Shown: positions 63,349 through 64,000 of the stretch, one piece after another | How positions within the stretch are numbered: the stretch's first letter is position 1 | Layout: every line of letters starts with the position of its first letter | Source: Rhodothermales bacterium | Lineage (GTDB): Bacteria; Bacteroidota; Rhodothermia; Rhodothermales; Bin80 | Reading direction: 5' to 3' | Assembly: GCA_012271205.1 (NCBI GenBank) | Contig: JAAXGT010000180.1 | Span: forward strand, 505-64,504 | Length of the DNA: 64,000 nucleotides | Notes under the pieces: model-generated | Database searches by the model: none | What the model was told of the DNA's origin: nothing | Seen by the model: only the letters and a program-made list of their open reading frames with translations | Position numbers and translations under genes: made by a program

Positions 63349-64000
63349 TTATGGTGTCCGGCGTTTCAGCACGACCATTGTTACATCATCCTTCAGCGGA
63401 CGCTCGGCCCGCCAAGCCAAGCCAGCCTTGCGCAGGTCGCTGATTATGTCGACTGCGGATCCGGATCCGGCTTCGCCGAAGATTTCGCGAATACGATCGA
63501 TCTGGAGCATTTCACCGGACGGGCTAACGAGCTCCATTAGACCGTCACTCATAAGAAAGGCAGCGTCACCTTCGGCCAAATCTACAACCCGTCGCTCATA
63601 TGGGAACTCCGTAAAGCTACCCAACGGCATACCCTTGATCACAATATCCTCCACCTCTTTCGTAGCCGCACGGTAAACCATGACCGGAGGCATGCCAGCG
63701 CCTACAAGCTCCAGTTTGCTCGCGCTGTACCGGCCAAGCGTAAGGTGCATATAGGTGCCACGCAGCTGCAGGCTCTTTAGCGTGCTTGACATGCGACGGA
63801 CAAGGCTCAGCAAGTCCTCGTCTGCCCCCAACGCCTTGAACAGGCTCTTGGTGGCAATCACCATCATGCCGGATCGTGTGCCGTGACCTGTGGCGTCACC
63901 AATAGCCAGTGTTATGGATCCGTCATCACCGGTCAGGAAATCATAATAGTCTCCCCCTACTTCGCCCGCTGTCTTCAAGAAGGCCGCAATTTCCAGTTCC
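63349..64000 (-). CDS. PP2C/SpoIIE-family serine phosphatase, C-terminal part (gene runs off the window)
   Basis: 'GGDYYDF', 'AIGDATGHGTRSGMMV' and 'SDGLMEL'. The frame is still open at 64000. Confidence 0.75.
   Translation of the reverse strand, partial: ELEIAAFLKTAGEVGGDYYDFLTGDDGSITLAIGDATGHGTRSGMMVIATKSLFKALGADEDLLSLVRRMSSTLKSLQLRGTYMHLTLGRYSASKLELVGAGMPPVMVYRAATKEVEDIVIKGMPLGSFTEFPYERRVVDLAEGDAAFLMSDGLMELVSPSGEMLQIDRIREIFGEAGSGSAVDIISDLRKAGLAWRAERPLKDDVTMVVLKRRTP

Noticed and set aside
1-64000. Search by eye for CRISPR arrays, rRNA, tRNA, integrase/recombinase genes, and compositional (GC) shifts marking the island
   Set aside because: I found none of the RNA or array features and no intact integrase or transposase. 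The 39.5-41.4 kb and 57.2-58.0 kb stretches look AT-richer, but I cannot compute GC or skew reliably here, so I make no quantitative claim.

Overview
High-GC bacterial chromosome segment, probably Bacteroidota/Rhodothermota-like. That placement is inferred from a T9SS C-terminal sorting domain, BshC, TonB-receptor + DUF4249 lipoprotein pairs, a DUF2723 membrane protein and no obvious Shine-Dalgarno sites; the window holds no rRNA or tRNA to confirm it. Layout: (i) 0-4.4 kb: cupredoxin lipoprotein, small hypotheticals and a PRTase-like/NADAR gene pair. (ii) 4.4-14.5 kb: a tightly packed ten-gene minus-strand operon built around a CydA-like (cytochrome bd superfamily) membrane protein, three c-type cytochromes, a radical-SAM/SPASM enzyme, a ferredoxin and an Mrp/NBP35 ATPase. 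Three of its proteins together carry five copies of a PCP-reductase-like ~45-aa module. (iii) 14.9-34.4 kb: housekeeping genes (metF, ybeY, lptF/G-like, rsmI, recX, PNP, hisD, hisC, bshC, one TonB-receptor pair). (iv) 34.4-58.1 kb: accessory island. It holds decayed genes (P-loop ATPase, IS5-like, IS4/IS1634-like, IS30-like, a type IIG R-M C-terminal stub), a secreted S8 protease-LRR-T9SS protein, an NAL/DHDPS-like protein lacking the Schiff-base lysine and an NRAMP-like transporter. The main item is a six-gene 12.3-kb operon (44866-57170): SNF2/DUF3883 helicase + DUF1156 Zn-ribbon methylase + DUF499 ATPase, an Hma-like DNA-modification defence triad. It carries two embedded modules, a YhcG/DUF1016 nuclease and an ABC-type ATPase + PIN-like protein. 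(v) 58.1-64 kb: mscS-like, folD, a second TonB-receptor pair and a partial PP2C phosphatase. No CRISPR array, rRNA or tRNA was seen by eye. All family assignments come from reading motifs in the supplied translations, not from database searches.
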